Shown here: in pieces, positions 44,001-53,800 of the stretch
Position numbering within the stretch: position 1 is the first letter of the stretch
How the letters are laid out: every line of letters begins with the position of its first letter
The notes under the pieces: generated by a model
Database searches by the model: none
What the model saw: only the letters and a program-made list of their open reading frames with translations
Told to the model about the DNA's origin: nothing
Sequence record: NC_031927.1
Direction: 5' to 3' (one strand)
DNA length: 64,000 nucleotides
Made by a program: the position numbers and the translations under genes

Positions 44001-47000
44001 CTCCTGGTGATGTCCCACTTAACGTAGTGGCTGCTTCTTATAACAAGCAGACTGGTGACCTATCAGTAACAACCTCAGGTGAGACTGGCGTTGCTCCTGT
44101 GGATACAGTTAAGATTGAGAATCTAATCTTCCAGTGTAGCAAGGTAAGCAATGTTATTGGTGCTACCTATGATAACACAACAGGCAAAGCTATCATCACA
44201 ACAGATGATGACAACGGCATCAGTATCGGCACCAAGATTAGATTGGAGGGACTAAACTTCGCTTGTAATGACGGAAGCCTAGTATATCCTTCAGATCCAA
44301 ATACGGTGTTTGATGTTATTGTTGTTCTAGGAGACAATAGATTTGAGCTTGACTTGGCTAAGTCAACAAAAGTTCATACTTGGACTGGTGGTGGTGTTTG
44401 TACTACGGTACCTACAACACGCACATTCCCAGACAATAAAGTATTCATCTACAATGTTAAGTCTGTTCTATCACCAACAACATTTACTGTAAATGTAGGT
44501 CCTTCTGATATCGATCATTCATATATCAGTGGCGGTCACGTATCACCAGGTCTACGCTACCAGGTTGATAACGCAGAATACAATAAGATTACTGGTCTTC
44601 TAACAGTAACTACCGATGTTGATAATCAACTCATAGCAAATACTGGAGTCAAGCTAAATGACTTACAGTTCTCCTGTACTTCAGGTGGTGCTAACAATCA
44701 GCCAGGTATTCTACCATTCCCAGATGGTCGTCCAGCTAACGTTGTGGCTGCTACTTATAATAATGTAACAGGTCTTCTTCGTGTTACTACAGATAAGCCT
44801 CATCAAGCATACGCAGATGTTAAGGTTCGCCTAGAAGGACTTGAGTTCTCCTGCCCAGGTGGTTCACTCATCTACCCAAGCAATCCTAATCAGTTGCTTC
44901 GCGTAACTAAAGTAGAAGACTTCTATACATATGAAGTTCTACTTGAGCCATCATCAAAAGTACATACTTATGTTCAGGGTGGAACATCTAGCACAGGAAC
45001 GAACCACTATTGCGTAGATTCTGTAATCAACTCACGCACATTTACAGTACAAATGGCTCCAAACAACCTAACTCACACATATGTGAGTGGTGGTACGGTT
45101 GCTTCAGTATTCTGTGAACAGATTCTAACTGGAATCAACCTACGCACAGCCAAGTGTGCTGATGATGTGAAGAAGATTTACCTAGCAGTTGTTCACGATG
45201 TTACTCGTGGCGGTAATATGAAGTCCGTTGCGGCAGCTAGAAAGTACTACGACGCAGTTGGTCAGTATCAGCACATTGCTGGTGGTGAAGTCAACCAGAC
45301 CGTAGCGGCACTAGACTACTCACTAAATGTCGTTCGCTGTGTAATCAATAACGTATCTTGGGGTGGCGTTCCACGTGGCTACTTCACTTCAAGGGAGAGA
45401 GCATTCATCCCAACCAAGTCAAACCTAGACGCACCTTTGGCTAACAGGTCACTATCAAGAGACCTACTACGCCTAGCGGATATGCCTCCTTCAACAACAC
45501 AATCTGTTGTTTGTATTGAGAAGCCTTTCGAGAAGGGTCAGTATACAACCAATAAGAAGTTTATTGAGGCATTTGACTACGATAACGTCACTGGTATTGC
45601 TTCAGTTACTACTACCCAGGCACACCGCCTAATCAAGTATGACGCAATCCGCCTAGATGATATCAAAATGCGTTGTGTTGGTAGTCCAAGAATCACCACA
45701 AATCTATTCCCAGATGGAACTCAAGGTGATATCTTCGAGGTCAAGCAAACCTTCCAGGATAATCCAATCTATCCAGTAAGTGATGCTACTTATAACAATA
45801 CCACTGGTAATCTACTTGTCGAGTCTCTCGGTAGTAATCTAGAACTTGAAGTAGGAACTCTAGTTAACCTACGCAACTTGAGATTTGAGTGTAGTTCATC
45901 TGGTGCTCCAGGCACTATCGTCTATCCAACAAACTCAGATTATGTATATGAGGTTAAGAAGATTATCAACGGAGATACAATCCTAGTCAACGTTGGTGTA
46001 TCAACTCTGGTACATACCTTTGTCCCAACATCAACTACTTTCAATGTACCTCAGTTCCAAGAGCTTCCTAGAAAGTTCATCGCTCACGTAGGAACAGTTG
46101 GTTTCCCACATATCTACGAGCAAGGTGGAACTGTATGGAAGCAAGAGCCATTCCAAACTCCAGAAAGTGCTACCCAGTTGCGCGATGTATCAATTCAAAA
46201 TGATCCGTTACAGTTTACCAATAGCACACCTAATGCTTGTGCGAATGTCTTCTCCGCCATTGAGAATACAGTTGGCGTTGTAACAACAATCATCGATGTT
46301 GGGTTTGAAGATTCTGGTATCTCTGTTAGGTATCCAGGTAATGATGGTAGGGGTGTTGATTCATTCGATCAAATGTCCTCACAGGGTGTCGGTAACATCA
46401 TCAGGGGTCCATACATCCGTAACTGCACGAACTTTGTTCCTAAGTCAATCGGTATGAGAATGGACGGTTTCGATGCTGAACCAGGCGATGAAATCTCCAA
46501 CGGTGTCCAAGGTTCATCTAACGTTGACTCCTTCACCCAGTTCAACCCAGGCGGTATTGGTTGTTCCGTATCAAACGGCACCTACCAGCAGCTCGTTTCT
46601 ATCTTCACCATCTGTTGTGACCAGGCTATTGTTTGTGACTCAGGCGCACAGCTTGACCTTACAAACTCTAACAGCTCCTTCGGACGCTTAGGTCTAGTCG
46701 CTCGCGGTATTGGTGATGCTAAGTCCAAGTGTATTGACCGCTACACGGGTATCGTTGCTGAGGAAGCCCAGATTGAAGATGATACAGTCATCATCCGGGG
46801 AGTGGGCGAGAAGCGCCCTTATGACGGTCAAGGAATCTTCTTCGGAGAACTCTTCCGCGAAGTTATCCGAATCGATGTTACTGATGGAGGTTCTGGTTAT
46901 GATGACGAGAATCCACCAGTAGCAACGGTAGATCTTCCCACTGGTCCTTCAGGTATTAAAGCTGAGGTATCACCAACAGTCCTAGACGGTGAGGTTGTTT

Positions 47001-47512
47001 CCATTGAACTTATCTCAAATGGTAACCAGTACAGAGACATTAGTCCAACTGTAACTATCGCACCACCAAGAGATCCTGAAGGCAGACAAGCTAAAGCTGT
47101 TGCGATCACAGAGCCTATCTACTATGACGTTGATAGTTCATCTGCTCCAGTAGAAGGAACTGTGAGAGTCGTATTCAAACAGAGGCTAAATAATACAGTA
47201 TCTGTAGGCACCACTGTATTCTTCTCTCGCCTAAGTCTACAAATCGCATCCTCACACTCCTTCGAGTACATCGGATCCGGTAATGAGATCAACGGCGCGA
47301 GACCTTCACAGGGCGGTGTTCCTATTAAGGCTAATGAGATCGTTAAGCAGGAAGGCGGTTCTATCGTCTACACCTCAACCGATCAGGCAGGTAACTTTAA
47401 CATCGGTGATGACTTCGTAATCAACCAGTTCACTGGTACAGTTACGGGTAGGTCCTTCGACCAATCGGTGCTAAATAAGGTAACGCCACTAATCATCGCA
47501 TTGGATAGCTAA
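35006..47512 (+). CDS. Giant (4168 aa) repetitive virion structural/fibre protein
   Basis: Fibre-type N-terminus (ILLKRS..PGRIP...GELGINYYDGK), many YDN.TG and IFPDG...VNVG.S.I.H.Y..GG repeats, C-terminal SSHSFEYIGSG...YTSTDQAGNF; TATAAATA at 34938. Confidence 0.9.
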   Translation: MISSETKILLKRSGVPGRIPSLADLKLGELGINYYDGKVYLRQENDVVGSRIIEPGQGDDIGRTIFVTVNGNDNNSGLNERDSVRTIKKAAELAQFGDGIKVYPGQYIEDNPITFRDLVAVEGMDLRNVLVTPANPEKDLYLVGDGFHATNHSFVSNQDSRDAAAIISFRPLEGTASDRYFDAARLIRDNLNFISGEAVGFLTSGYSGFAAGQRSQDAARAIELNTNFISEESFQYINSPDYRGPAYTNPDINQCRSDLKDILAGWRYDLISDGNSESTGVGLTYYAPVKFTKTTNITDLVYDNTTGLLVIETELSTQSLPGDEIKLRDIQLDCPPYGNSFLIAGFDYDNVSGVGTVTLPFIHDIQAGDTIKLDDLKFDCPPYGAQAYSVSDFVYDETTGGSTVTLSSNHNLKVGDAIELRDMQFDCPAYGGTFSNVVNIEYNNVSGEAILTYADAADLDAGDVVLLYDIKLSCPAYGNAISITGFDYDNFTGITQASFASPHGLRVGDLVKFENLKFSCESYLSDTYNIVGFEYNNLTGEALASFSSDHNLAGGSNVVLDNLTFACNSYFPEGINVTGFNYTNTTGVSTISLDHAHNLQIGDRFQLEDLVFACNSYSFTDIDVTAATYDNVTGFVNITLAAPHGSSVGEFVKLDGIEYSCPGGSGITTTIFPDGTIGDQFEILSVPSPSALIVNVGPSAIPHSYVGGGTATVGITTTVFPDGTQGNEFVVTDLVDSLTLVTNVGVSTIAHTYAGSGKIFVGFTTTVFPDGTQGNVFPVLGVPAANQIALNVGTSTIEHTYVGGGTASNEDTFLNVSGFTYNDADGTGLVTLGSNHNLVVGDSFILEDLKFTCDSYRNTASTFDISDFQYDNVTGLSTVVITSSHDLRVNDTIALYDIEFSCPNGSGITTTIFPDGSVDNFYDVVAVIDPNTIITRIGTSTIPHSYVQGGLLQVGITTNIFPDGTRPSDNFFDVVSVPAPNQILTNVGLSSIAHTYASGGKFYTGITTNIFPQTFEDPNVKVVNAVYDNVTGAVTVTCDKPHGLLATNTVLLQGLEFSCASGGPGGAPGVLLFPRNQETYEVVSVATPTTYTINVGPNSIPHTYVSGGISTPQNIIDAVYNRANGELTVTLNRQHGYVAGDTASVVDLVFSCLSGGEGNAPGELIFPRPTDEFVLLSISGSEFTVNVGESSGLPHTYVNGGSVSYAGTTAQVTSALYNEETGVLTVTTSAPLGAAVDNVVTMQGLNFACNSGGPGNDPGTIIFPRLDVPVFKVSKVISGVTYVINVGTSTLAHTYVSGGFSSLKKKVNDNNLFRVLGVPTPNTVVTNVGVSSIPHTYVSGGNGFVGITTNIFPDGTRPNGSRFEVLSVLSPNKAVINVGVSTIPHFYESGGQVQYGETNERPILAFDYNNLTGGARVTVRGPHGLSAGDSVKFDGMEFECVNSPGITTTIFPDGTAASLNLFPVTGVVNNTVFDCNVGRVPFTHTYIQGGSAFVGITTNIFPDGTQGYNYTVTGVPSSNKVNVNVGVSSIQHNYVRGGALFAGETNERDIVNFSYDNESGLAILTLRQPEDLYTGNLVKLKGLEFDCPDSTAITTNIFPDGSQGFLFPVTERLNPTQFQLNIGRSTIQHNYVRGTGAAFVGITTDIFPDLSTQPTKLFNVVSIPSPNTVAVQVGTSTIPHNYESGGTLSVGINTDIFPGSSVVSPLGDTFVIDAVTSSGEIVINVGTSSITHNYERGGQVLYGQSSGGELQHITGPGVMDATIAAIDFERQMSKYVLNNRPWGSFIAAETGIVNGIDYDNVTGFATVTVPGINAQRGDMVRMSDIQFVCSDEYAGLTTTFFPDNTRPEGQYFEVESRIDENSFETFIGISSIKHNHLRGGNVYRYRQGIENVIYDRASGLASVTSMAHGYKVDDIIEMGDIRFTCPVFTPDYDIENFTYDNTTGLSQVTTTVDNDIQIGDLVRLDDIQLDCPAYGNERVITDFEYNNLNGYSEITVASPHGLQLNPRTPVAITTAVYDNVSGIVTVTTAAPLNIDLSINNGVQLTGLGFTCSNSTTTTNVVGAVYDNTTGVVRITTNAANNAAVSSKVKLQNLIFSCESGGVPSDQAFPSGVDGFDFLVSEVISATEFNAIVGVSTLTHTYVTGGTAQVGITTNIFPSDDTLIYPITNIESSTKFSLQVGPSAFAHTYTGGGDATKVNRYSVKLADIKFDCPAYGNDIGVTNFIYDNTSGNSLVTVDSNHGLNVGDSIKLANLKFQCPPYGNQFNVIAADYDNVTGIITVTTDRDLDGISVDEVLRLRDLQFDCNSGTPYAIQQVTFDPFNGRIATLSLGQNPQVNPGDLIKLEGLLYRNAAGDEVPYPDGRDASYNIFEARSVTQVNASTWEVTVQFNNITDSLVIFIPNGSSYGTLFTGVTGNIFPENVGPEGGFYNVLSLPSPNQFAIQVGTSTIPHTYIRNGEAFSGVTTNFFPSTDPQNSPLGNLFEVVGVPTPNQVRINVGVSSISHIYDSGGQLLVGITTNIFPDGTQGNLFPVVSIGSSTELRVNVGTSSIPHNYISGGLMFVGITTNIFPGDPQNSPLGNIFEVLGKDDDCGKDRFTINVGVSTIPHAYVEGGTVTTGVTTSRFPDGTNGFEFPVESVLDADTFVVNVGPSSISHTYVDGGYSRRLESPINSFLYDNVTGFADVGITSHRLNVGDLVKLRDIKFDCDPYGGEKFINNVVYNNLTGRLNVNTIEPHGLSLNETIKLSGIQMDCPAYGNQIAITGASYSNTTGVIDVTVTQAHNLSIGDSVKLDGLDFVCPGGSGITTTIFPDGTAASYNIYEVVSVPAANSLTVNVGTSTIPHTYTGGGNIFVGITTNIFPGSAQNSPRGSFFEVLDTPSITEFTLNVGVSSIAHGYIRGGFVQTGVTTDIFPDGTQGDYFQVGEIIDEDNFTIDAGISSITHRYNSGGYGAKYVTYQARTPQVVDTSVIRVSGGCKAAEARVDQLAGIVTSIIQNGPSAAPGDVPLNVVAASYNKQTGDLSVTTSGETGVAPVDTVKIENLIFQCSKVSNVIGATYDNTTGKAIITTDDDNGISIGTKIRLEGLNFACNDGSLVYPSDPNTVFDVIVVLGDNRFELDLAKSTKVHTWTGGGVCTTVPTTRTFPDNKVFIYNVKSVLSPTTFTVNVGPSDIDHSYISGGHVSPGLRYQVDNAEYNKITGLLTVTTDVDNQLIANTGVKLNDLQFSCTSGGANNQPGILPFPDGRPANVVAATYNNVTGLLRVTTDKPHQAYADVKVRLEGLEFSCPGGSLIYPSNPNQLLRVTKVEDFYTYEVLLEPSSKVHTYVQGGTSSTGTNHYCVDSVINSRTFTVQMAPNNLTHTYVSGGTVASVFCEQILTGINLRTAKCADDVKKIYLAVVHDVTRGGNMKSVAAARKYYDAVGQYQHIAGGEVNQTVAALDYSLNVVRCVINNVSWGGVPRGYFTSRERAFIPTKSNLDAPLANRSLSRDLLRLADMPPSTTQSVVCIEKPFEKGQYTTNKKFIEAFDYDNVTGIASVTTTQAHRLIKYDAIRLDDIKMRCVGSPRITTNLFPDGTQGDIFEVKQTFQDNPIYPVSDATYNNTTGNLLVESLGSNLELEVGTLVNLRNLRFECSSSGAPGTIVYPTNSDYVYEVKKIINGDTILVNVGVSTLVHTFVPTSTTFNVPQFQELPRKFIAHVGTVGFPHIYEQGGTVWKQEPFQTPESATQLRDVSIQNDPLQFTNSTPNACANVFSAIENTVGVVTTIIDVGFEDSGISVRYPGNDGRGVDSFDQMSSQGVGNIIRGPYIRNCTNFVPKSIGMRMDGFDAEPGDEISNGVQGSSNVDSFTQFNPGGIGCSVSNGTYQQLVSIFTICCDQAIVCDSGAQLDLTNSNSSFGRLGLVARGIGDAKSKCIDRYTGIVAEEAQIEDDTVIIRGVGEKRPYDGQGIFFGELFREVIRIDVTDGGSGYDDENPPVATVDLPTGPSGIKAEVSPTVLDGEVVSIELISNGNQYRDISPTVTIAPPRDPEGRQAKAVAITEPIYYDVDSSSAPVEGTVRVVFKQRLNNTVSVGTTVFFSRLSLQIASSHSFEYIGSGNEINGARPSQGGVPIKANEIVKQEGGSIVYTSTDQAGNFNIGDDFVINQFTGTVTGRSFDQSVLNKVTPLIIALDS

Positions 47513-47516
47513 CACC

Positions 47517-47867
47517 ATGGCAGCAGTAGCACTAAACAAATTTCTAACGGTAAGACATTTGGTTACCGACTCCAATGTGGGGATTTATACCTCCCCCATT
47601 GGTGTTGCTTCCATCGTTCTTTTTGCCCAGGCAACGAACGTGTCTTCCGATGGTGAAGTAAAATTCGTCACCTTTTCTCACGCCAGACCAGGTGATATAC
47701 CAGTGGATTTTCAAATTATCAATGATGGTCCAGTCATCCCCAACGATGCACTGAACCTAATTATTGGTAGACTTGTCCTGGAAACAGGAGATGAGTTAAT
47801 CCTTTCAGGCGATACGACCGGAGATGTGAAGGTTGTAGTCTCTATTCTCGAAACAGCTAAGAGCTAA
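47517..47867 (+). CDS. Small beta-rich protein, probable partner of the giant fibre
   Basis: Directly follows the giant gene; YTSP.G..SIVL..Q.TN...LVLETGD pattern. Confidence 0.75.
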   Translation: MAAVALNKFLTVRHLVTDSNVGIYTSPIGVASIVLFAQATNVSSDGEVKFVTFSHARPGDIPVDFQIINDGPVIPNDALNLIIGRLVLETGDELILSGDTTGDVKVVVSILETAKS

Positions 47868-47896
47868 AACACCGTTCGCATTATTATCCTGGGTCA

Positions 47897-50800
47897 ATGG
47901 CATTATTTTATCAGTCAGGCAGAGTAAGTAGATTCGCAGTAGGTACACCTGGGTTTTCAACCAACAGGGACCTAACTCTTAATGTGTCTGGCGCTATTGG
48001 TATTGAAACTACTAAACCTAGGGGGAGCATTGATACTCCAGAGATTAGTATTAGAGGACCAATTATTGACTCAGGAATCAATACAGGTGGTTTAGGATAT
48101 TTCTTATCACAGGATGTAGAAGGTGTTAAGTGGGTTGCTGCTTCACCAGAAGACTTAACATTTATTAGAGTATTTGAAGATAATGTACAGGTTGGCGTTA
48201 GTTCCTTCAGTGGACTAAACTTCATATCAAATGACTCTTCATTATTTGATATTAAAGAAAGTCCAATTGGTCCCAATATTGCGGACATTAATTTTAATAC
48301 ATACTGGATTAGAACCGAGTATGGTAATAACGCAGGTATTTCAACTGGCTATGGACCAGACGGCACCTATGCTTCCCTCCCTGGTTATGGAACCAGCGAA
48401 GCAGTAGGTGTTACTTCTGTTGGTATTGGTACAGACAATCCACAAGATGACTTCCAAGTTGGTATTGGATCCACTGGTGTTACTATCAATGGACCTGAAG
48501 GTAAGCTAGAAGCAGAAATTATTAAAGCCAAGAACCTTGAGCTTGATGGTAATATTACTGTTAGATCACTAGTTGTTGATCCAGGTATTGCTACATTCCG
48601 TGGAAATATTGATGCTCAAGGTATCTCTAGCTTCACTGGGGATGTTATAGCTGGGTTCGCTACTATACAGGAGCTATATGTAAATGATTTAGAGGTTGAA
48701 TTATTCAGGGCAGGTGTATCAACATTAGGTTTTGGACAATCGGCATCTTCATTTACTATTGTAGAGAATAGTTTAGAGGTTCAGGGTGCTATTGGTACAT
48801 TTATCAATGATCTATATGTCGGAAATGACCTTTATGTTGCTGGTGATACATTCTTCAACCAGATCAATGCCGAAAATATTCAAGTAACAGGCATTGCGAC
48901 ATTAAATAATGTTGAAGGAAACACGGGGATCTTCACTAGCTTTGAAGTAACAGGGATCACCACACTAAATCAGCTTGAGTTTAATACGGGAGTAGGTACT
49001 GATTTACAGTTAGAGTCTTCAACTATTGGTGTATTAACAGCGACTGATGTTAGTGCTGGTGTTGCTACTATTGGCTTTGCTAATATTGATGATGCTAATA
49101 TCAGTGGTATCGTAACAGTAACCGAAGTTGATGTAGAAGAGATTGATATTGAGCGTGCCCAAGTAGGCATCCTAACAATCACTGAGGGTCTATCAGTAAC
49201 TGGTACCAGTACCTTTGTTGGTCTAGTAACCGTAACTGGCGACGCATTCATTGATGGTGACCTAACAGTTACTGATCAGTTCACAGTACAAGATCTAGGA
49301 GCAGAGAACCTAGAAGTAACTGGTATTGGTACCATTGTAAATCTAGAATCTAATGTTGGTATTATCACCACATTGTTCACAGAAGGTTCTGTTAATACTG
49401 GTGTTGGTACATTCAATGTTGTTGAAGCCAATGATATTCAGTCAGGCACTGGTACTATTGGTGGTGTTGGCTTTGAGTCTGGTAGGCTAGAGGGAACTGA
49501 ACTAGATTTTGATATTGGTCGCATCGGTATTCTAACTGGTGACCTACTCAGTTATGGTATTGGTACATTTAGAGATAGGCTAGACAGCCCAGGCATCTCT
49601 AATATTGCCGTTGCTATTGGTAATACTCTAAACTATGATAGCACATCACAGATTAATGGTGTTACATTTGGTGATGAGTTAGTAGATATATTCAATAGAG
49701 ACCTAAGAGTAACTGGCATAACAACCTTTACTGGTGTGGGTACATTCGGATCAGATCTATATGTAAAAGAAGATCTATTTGTTGGTGGTGAACTAAGTTT
49801 TGAACAACTAACAGGTACCAACCTACAGGTTCTAGGTATCGCAACAGTTAATCAACTAGATCTAAACACAGGTATTGGTACCTTCCTAGACCTAGAGTTC
49901 CTACAAGTTGGTGTTGCTACTATCACCAACCTACTAGGAACGATCTCAACAATCACCAGAATGGACTCTGGTACTGTTGCTGTTACTACTGATCCAGGTA
50001 AATATCCAACATCAGACGGTCAGTTCTATGCTGATAGATCATTCATTGAATTTTCTAATGCCCTTGATAGTCGCACCACAGACTTTGTTGCTAGAGAAAC
50101 AGCAGACATCCAAGGTACATTAGAAGTTGTTGGTCTATCAACATTCGATTCTGATATTGATGTAAACGCAGATATCAATGTATCTGGTCTAACTACAACC
50201 AACTTCCTATTCGCTGGCGTAGGTACAATCCTACTATTAGATACAGACTTCATTGACTCTGATGAGATCAACGCAGGTATCATTACAACCCAAGATTTAG
50301 TTGTTACAGGTTCTGCTGACTTCCAAGGAGATGTTGTTGTAGACATCGGTGGTACAGCTAATATCACCAACGCAAACATTGGGTTCGCTAGCGTCACTGA
50401 GGAGGTCGTAGGAACCTCTACAGTAGGCTTCTTGAGTGCTACTGATGCGAACATCGGCGTAGCAACTGTCGGGCTTCTAAGCGCCACAGATGCAGAGATA
50501 GAAGACCTTGAGGTTAATACATTCCGTGCTGGTATTGCTACGGTAGGCTTCGGTTCATTCGGCACTGATCCAAATGAAGGTTCCCTATATGTAACGGGTA
50601 TCAATACATTTGTTGGCTTCACTACATTCACTGGAGAGGTTTATGTTGATGGTGACCTAACAGTATCAGGTATTACAACATTCAAGCAGTTGGATGCGGA
50701 ACAATCACAGATTGGTATCCTAACCACCAAGACTCTACTAGATTCTAATGGTCTAATCGACGCAGAGAATGTTGCTATCAGCACAAACCTAACAGTTTCT

Positions 50801-53800
50801 GGTCTAACAACTCTAACTGGATTCACTACTACTAGTGATGTTATCGTTGGCGGTGGACTAACAGTTGTTGGTGATACAACATTCCTAGGAATTGTATCTA
50901 TTACTGATACATTATTCGTCAACCAGGAAATCACTGGTATTGCTACTGTAAACAACCTCAACTTCAATGTTGGTGTTGGTTCTACGTTGTCTGTAGGCTT
51001 CCTCACTGCTACTGACCTATATGTTGCTGGGGTTTCTACCTTCGTTGGTGTAGGCACCTTCCAGAACGACCTATACGTCTCTAAAGACCTCTTTGTTGAG
51101 CGTAATATTGTAGCTGCTGCTATCTCCGCAGAGAACTACTTTGCTAGTGGCGTATCAACATTCAGTAATACTATTATTGATGGGGCACTTGGCGTTACTA
51201 GCTCTGTTGGTATTGCTAAAACTCTTATTGTTGGTGGTGATGTAGTTGTTGGTGGTGGTATTACTTTTGAGGGTGATACCGAACTAATAGGTAACGTTAA
51301 TGTCCTAGGTATCGCAACATTCAATGAGCTTAACTTTGACGTTGGCGTAGGAAATACACTTACATTAGAAGACCTCAATGTTAATGGGACTATCAATGCT
51401 AATGGAGCTGGTGTTGCTACTATTGGTGGCTCACCATCCTTTGAGAACCTAACTGTTACTGGGATTACTACACTAGGATTTACCACAGTTCAAGGTAACT
51501 TGAATGTTACTGGTGACTTAATTGTCGGTGATGATATTGTATTTGATGAAGCCACTCTAAGGAACATCAATGTTTCTGGCTTATCATCTCTAAATTCAGT
51601 AGGTTATAATGTTGGTATTGGTAGTACCTTAACTATTGAGAAAAAGCTTACTGTAGAAGGATACACTGATCTAAAAGGTGAAGTAAGAGTTGGTGGAGCG
51701 TCAACATTTGTTGGGTTTGCAACATTCCAAGATGGATTATCTGTTCTAGGCAACCTTAATGTTACTGGTGATATTGTCTCTAGTGATGCAACTTATGGAG
51801 ACCTAACGGTAACAAATACATTAACATCAGACAATAATTTACAGGGTAATATAGGTAACTTCAAAGAACTAACAGTAACTGATGATTTCAAATCCAATGG
51901 AACAGCTACTTTATTTACAGTAGGTGTTCAGACAGTATCTATCTCAACCGAATTATCTGTTAGTGGTTTAACTACACTCACTGGAGAATTTGAATTTAAT
52001 GAGGCTGAAGGTTATGAACTAACAGTAGAGAAGCTCAACGTAAATGCTGATGGTGAGGTTAATCTTCCTGGTGTTGCCTTTACAAATAAGGATGCAGTAT
52101 TCCCCAACCTAGAAGTGATTGGGGTATCTACATTCAAGGGATTCGTGGATGTCAATTCTGATGTTGATATCTCAGGCATTACGACTATAGGGACAAATAT
52201 TAAAATCGATGGTGGTGCTAGAAGAATTGATGTAGGTGGTTCATTTATCCAGGGTGCTAGTGCAATCCCATTCCAGGAAGCTGAAGTTTCATCTGGTAAA
52301 GCTACATTTACAAGATTAATTGTAACTAATAATTCAGATGAATCAACATTTGCTGGTGATGTTGAAATTACAGGTGAACTTCAGGTTAGTTCAGCAAGTA
52401 CCTTTGCATCTATTACTGCACAATCAATTGATTCTATTGGTAGCGTAGATATTGGAGACAATCTAACAGTAGATAACAACCTAGAAGTTAAGGAAAGAAC
52501 TGACCTTAAAGATCTATATGTAAGTGGTATTGCTTCACTAAACGGTGCTAGTTTTGGTGATGGTGGTGAAGCTACCTTCGAGAAGATCAATGTAACTGGT
52601 CTATCATCACTCACATCAGTAAGTGTATCAGAGACCCTTGGGGTTAGTGGTCTAACCACTATGACTGACTTAAATGTTAGTGGTGTAGCAACAATTGGTC
52701 TAACATCAACAACTAACCTACAATTTACTAATGGGGATGGTTATGAACTAGAAGTTTACAGCCTCACAGTTCCTACTGGTGGTTTTGTAAGCCTTCCAGG
52801 AATTCCAGTCAGTGACGGTGGAGCACAATTCTCCGAACTTAAAGTCACTGGAGTATCGACATTCTCTGGTATCGCAACATTCTCTGATAGCATTTATGTA
52901 AATGGTGACCTGGTTGTAGAAGGCAACCAAGTATTCTCTGGTATTAGTGGAGAAGACATTAATGTTACTGGTATTCTTACTACACAAAGTTTTAATGTTG
53001 GTGGGGCATCAACGTTCGTTGGTGTTGGTACTTTCCAAAACGATCTGTATGTAGCTGATGATCTATTCGTCAAGAGGGATCTCTTGGTGGGTGGTGCTGC
53101 AACCGTAGGTACTCTAACTGCAACCGATGCACGTTTCCAAAACGTAATTGTTGACGGCAACCTTACAGGAGCCAGTGATGGTTCAGCCATTATTATTGAT
53201 GGTGGTTCAGTAATTAGTGGTATTGTAACTATTGGACCAGCTTCAATTACATTGAATGGTCTTCCAGGACAAGAAATAATTGAAATTGGAACTGGTAGTG
53301 GAAATGTTATTGCTGGTCTCAATACATTTACAAATGACCCATCCCACGTCAAGGTTGATGAGGGAAGATTCAATACATTTATTACTGTATCGGGTGCGGG
53401 TTCTACTTCAACCTTCGAGGGTGATTTAGATGTTGAGGGGGACATTACTGTAAAGGGTAGTCAAGTATTTGAAGGTGGCGCACAGGCACAAGACTTTAAT
53501 GTTAGTGGTATTACTACAACAGAAAACTTGAAAGTTAATAGTGAATCAACTTTCGCAGGTGTTGGTACTTTCCAAGACAATTTGTTTGTTGCTGATGATC
53601 TATTCGTAGCAAGAAATGCGAATATTGTAGGTATTATTACTGCCCAAGATCTTAATTCTACATCTGATAGAAGGGTCAAAGAGAACATTAAGCCCATTGA
53701 TGATGCCCTCAATAAAGTAACTCAACTTAATGGTATTACATTTAGCTTTATTAATACTGGTACAAAGTCTGCTGGTGTTATTGCACAGGAAGTTGAGGCA

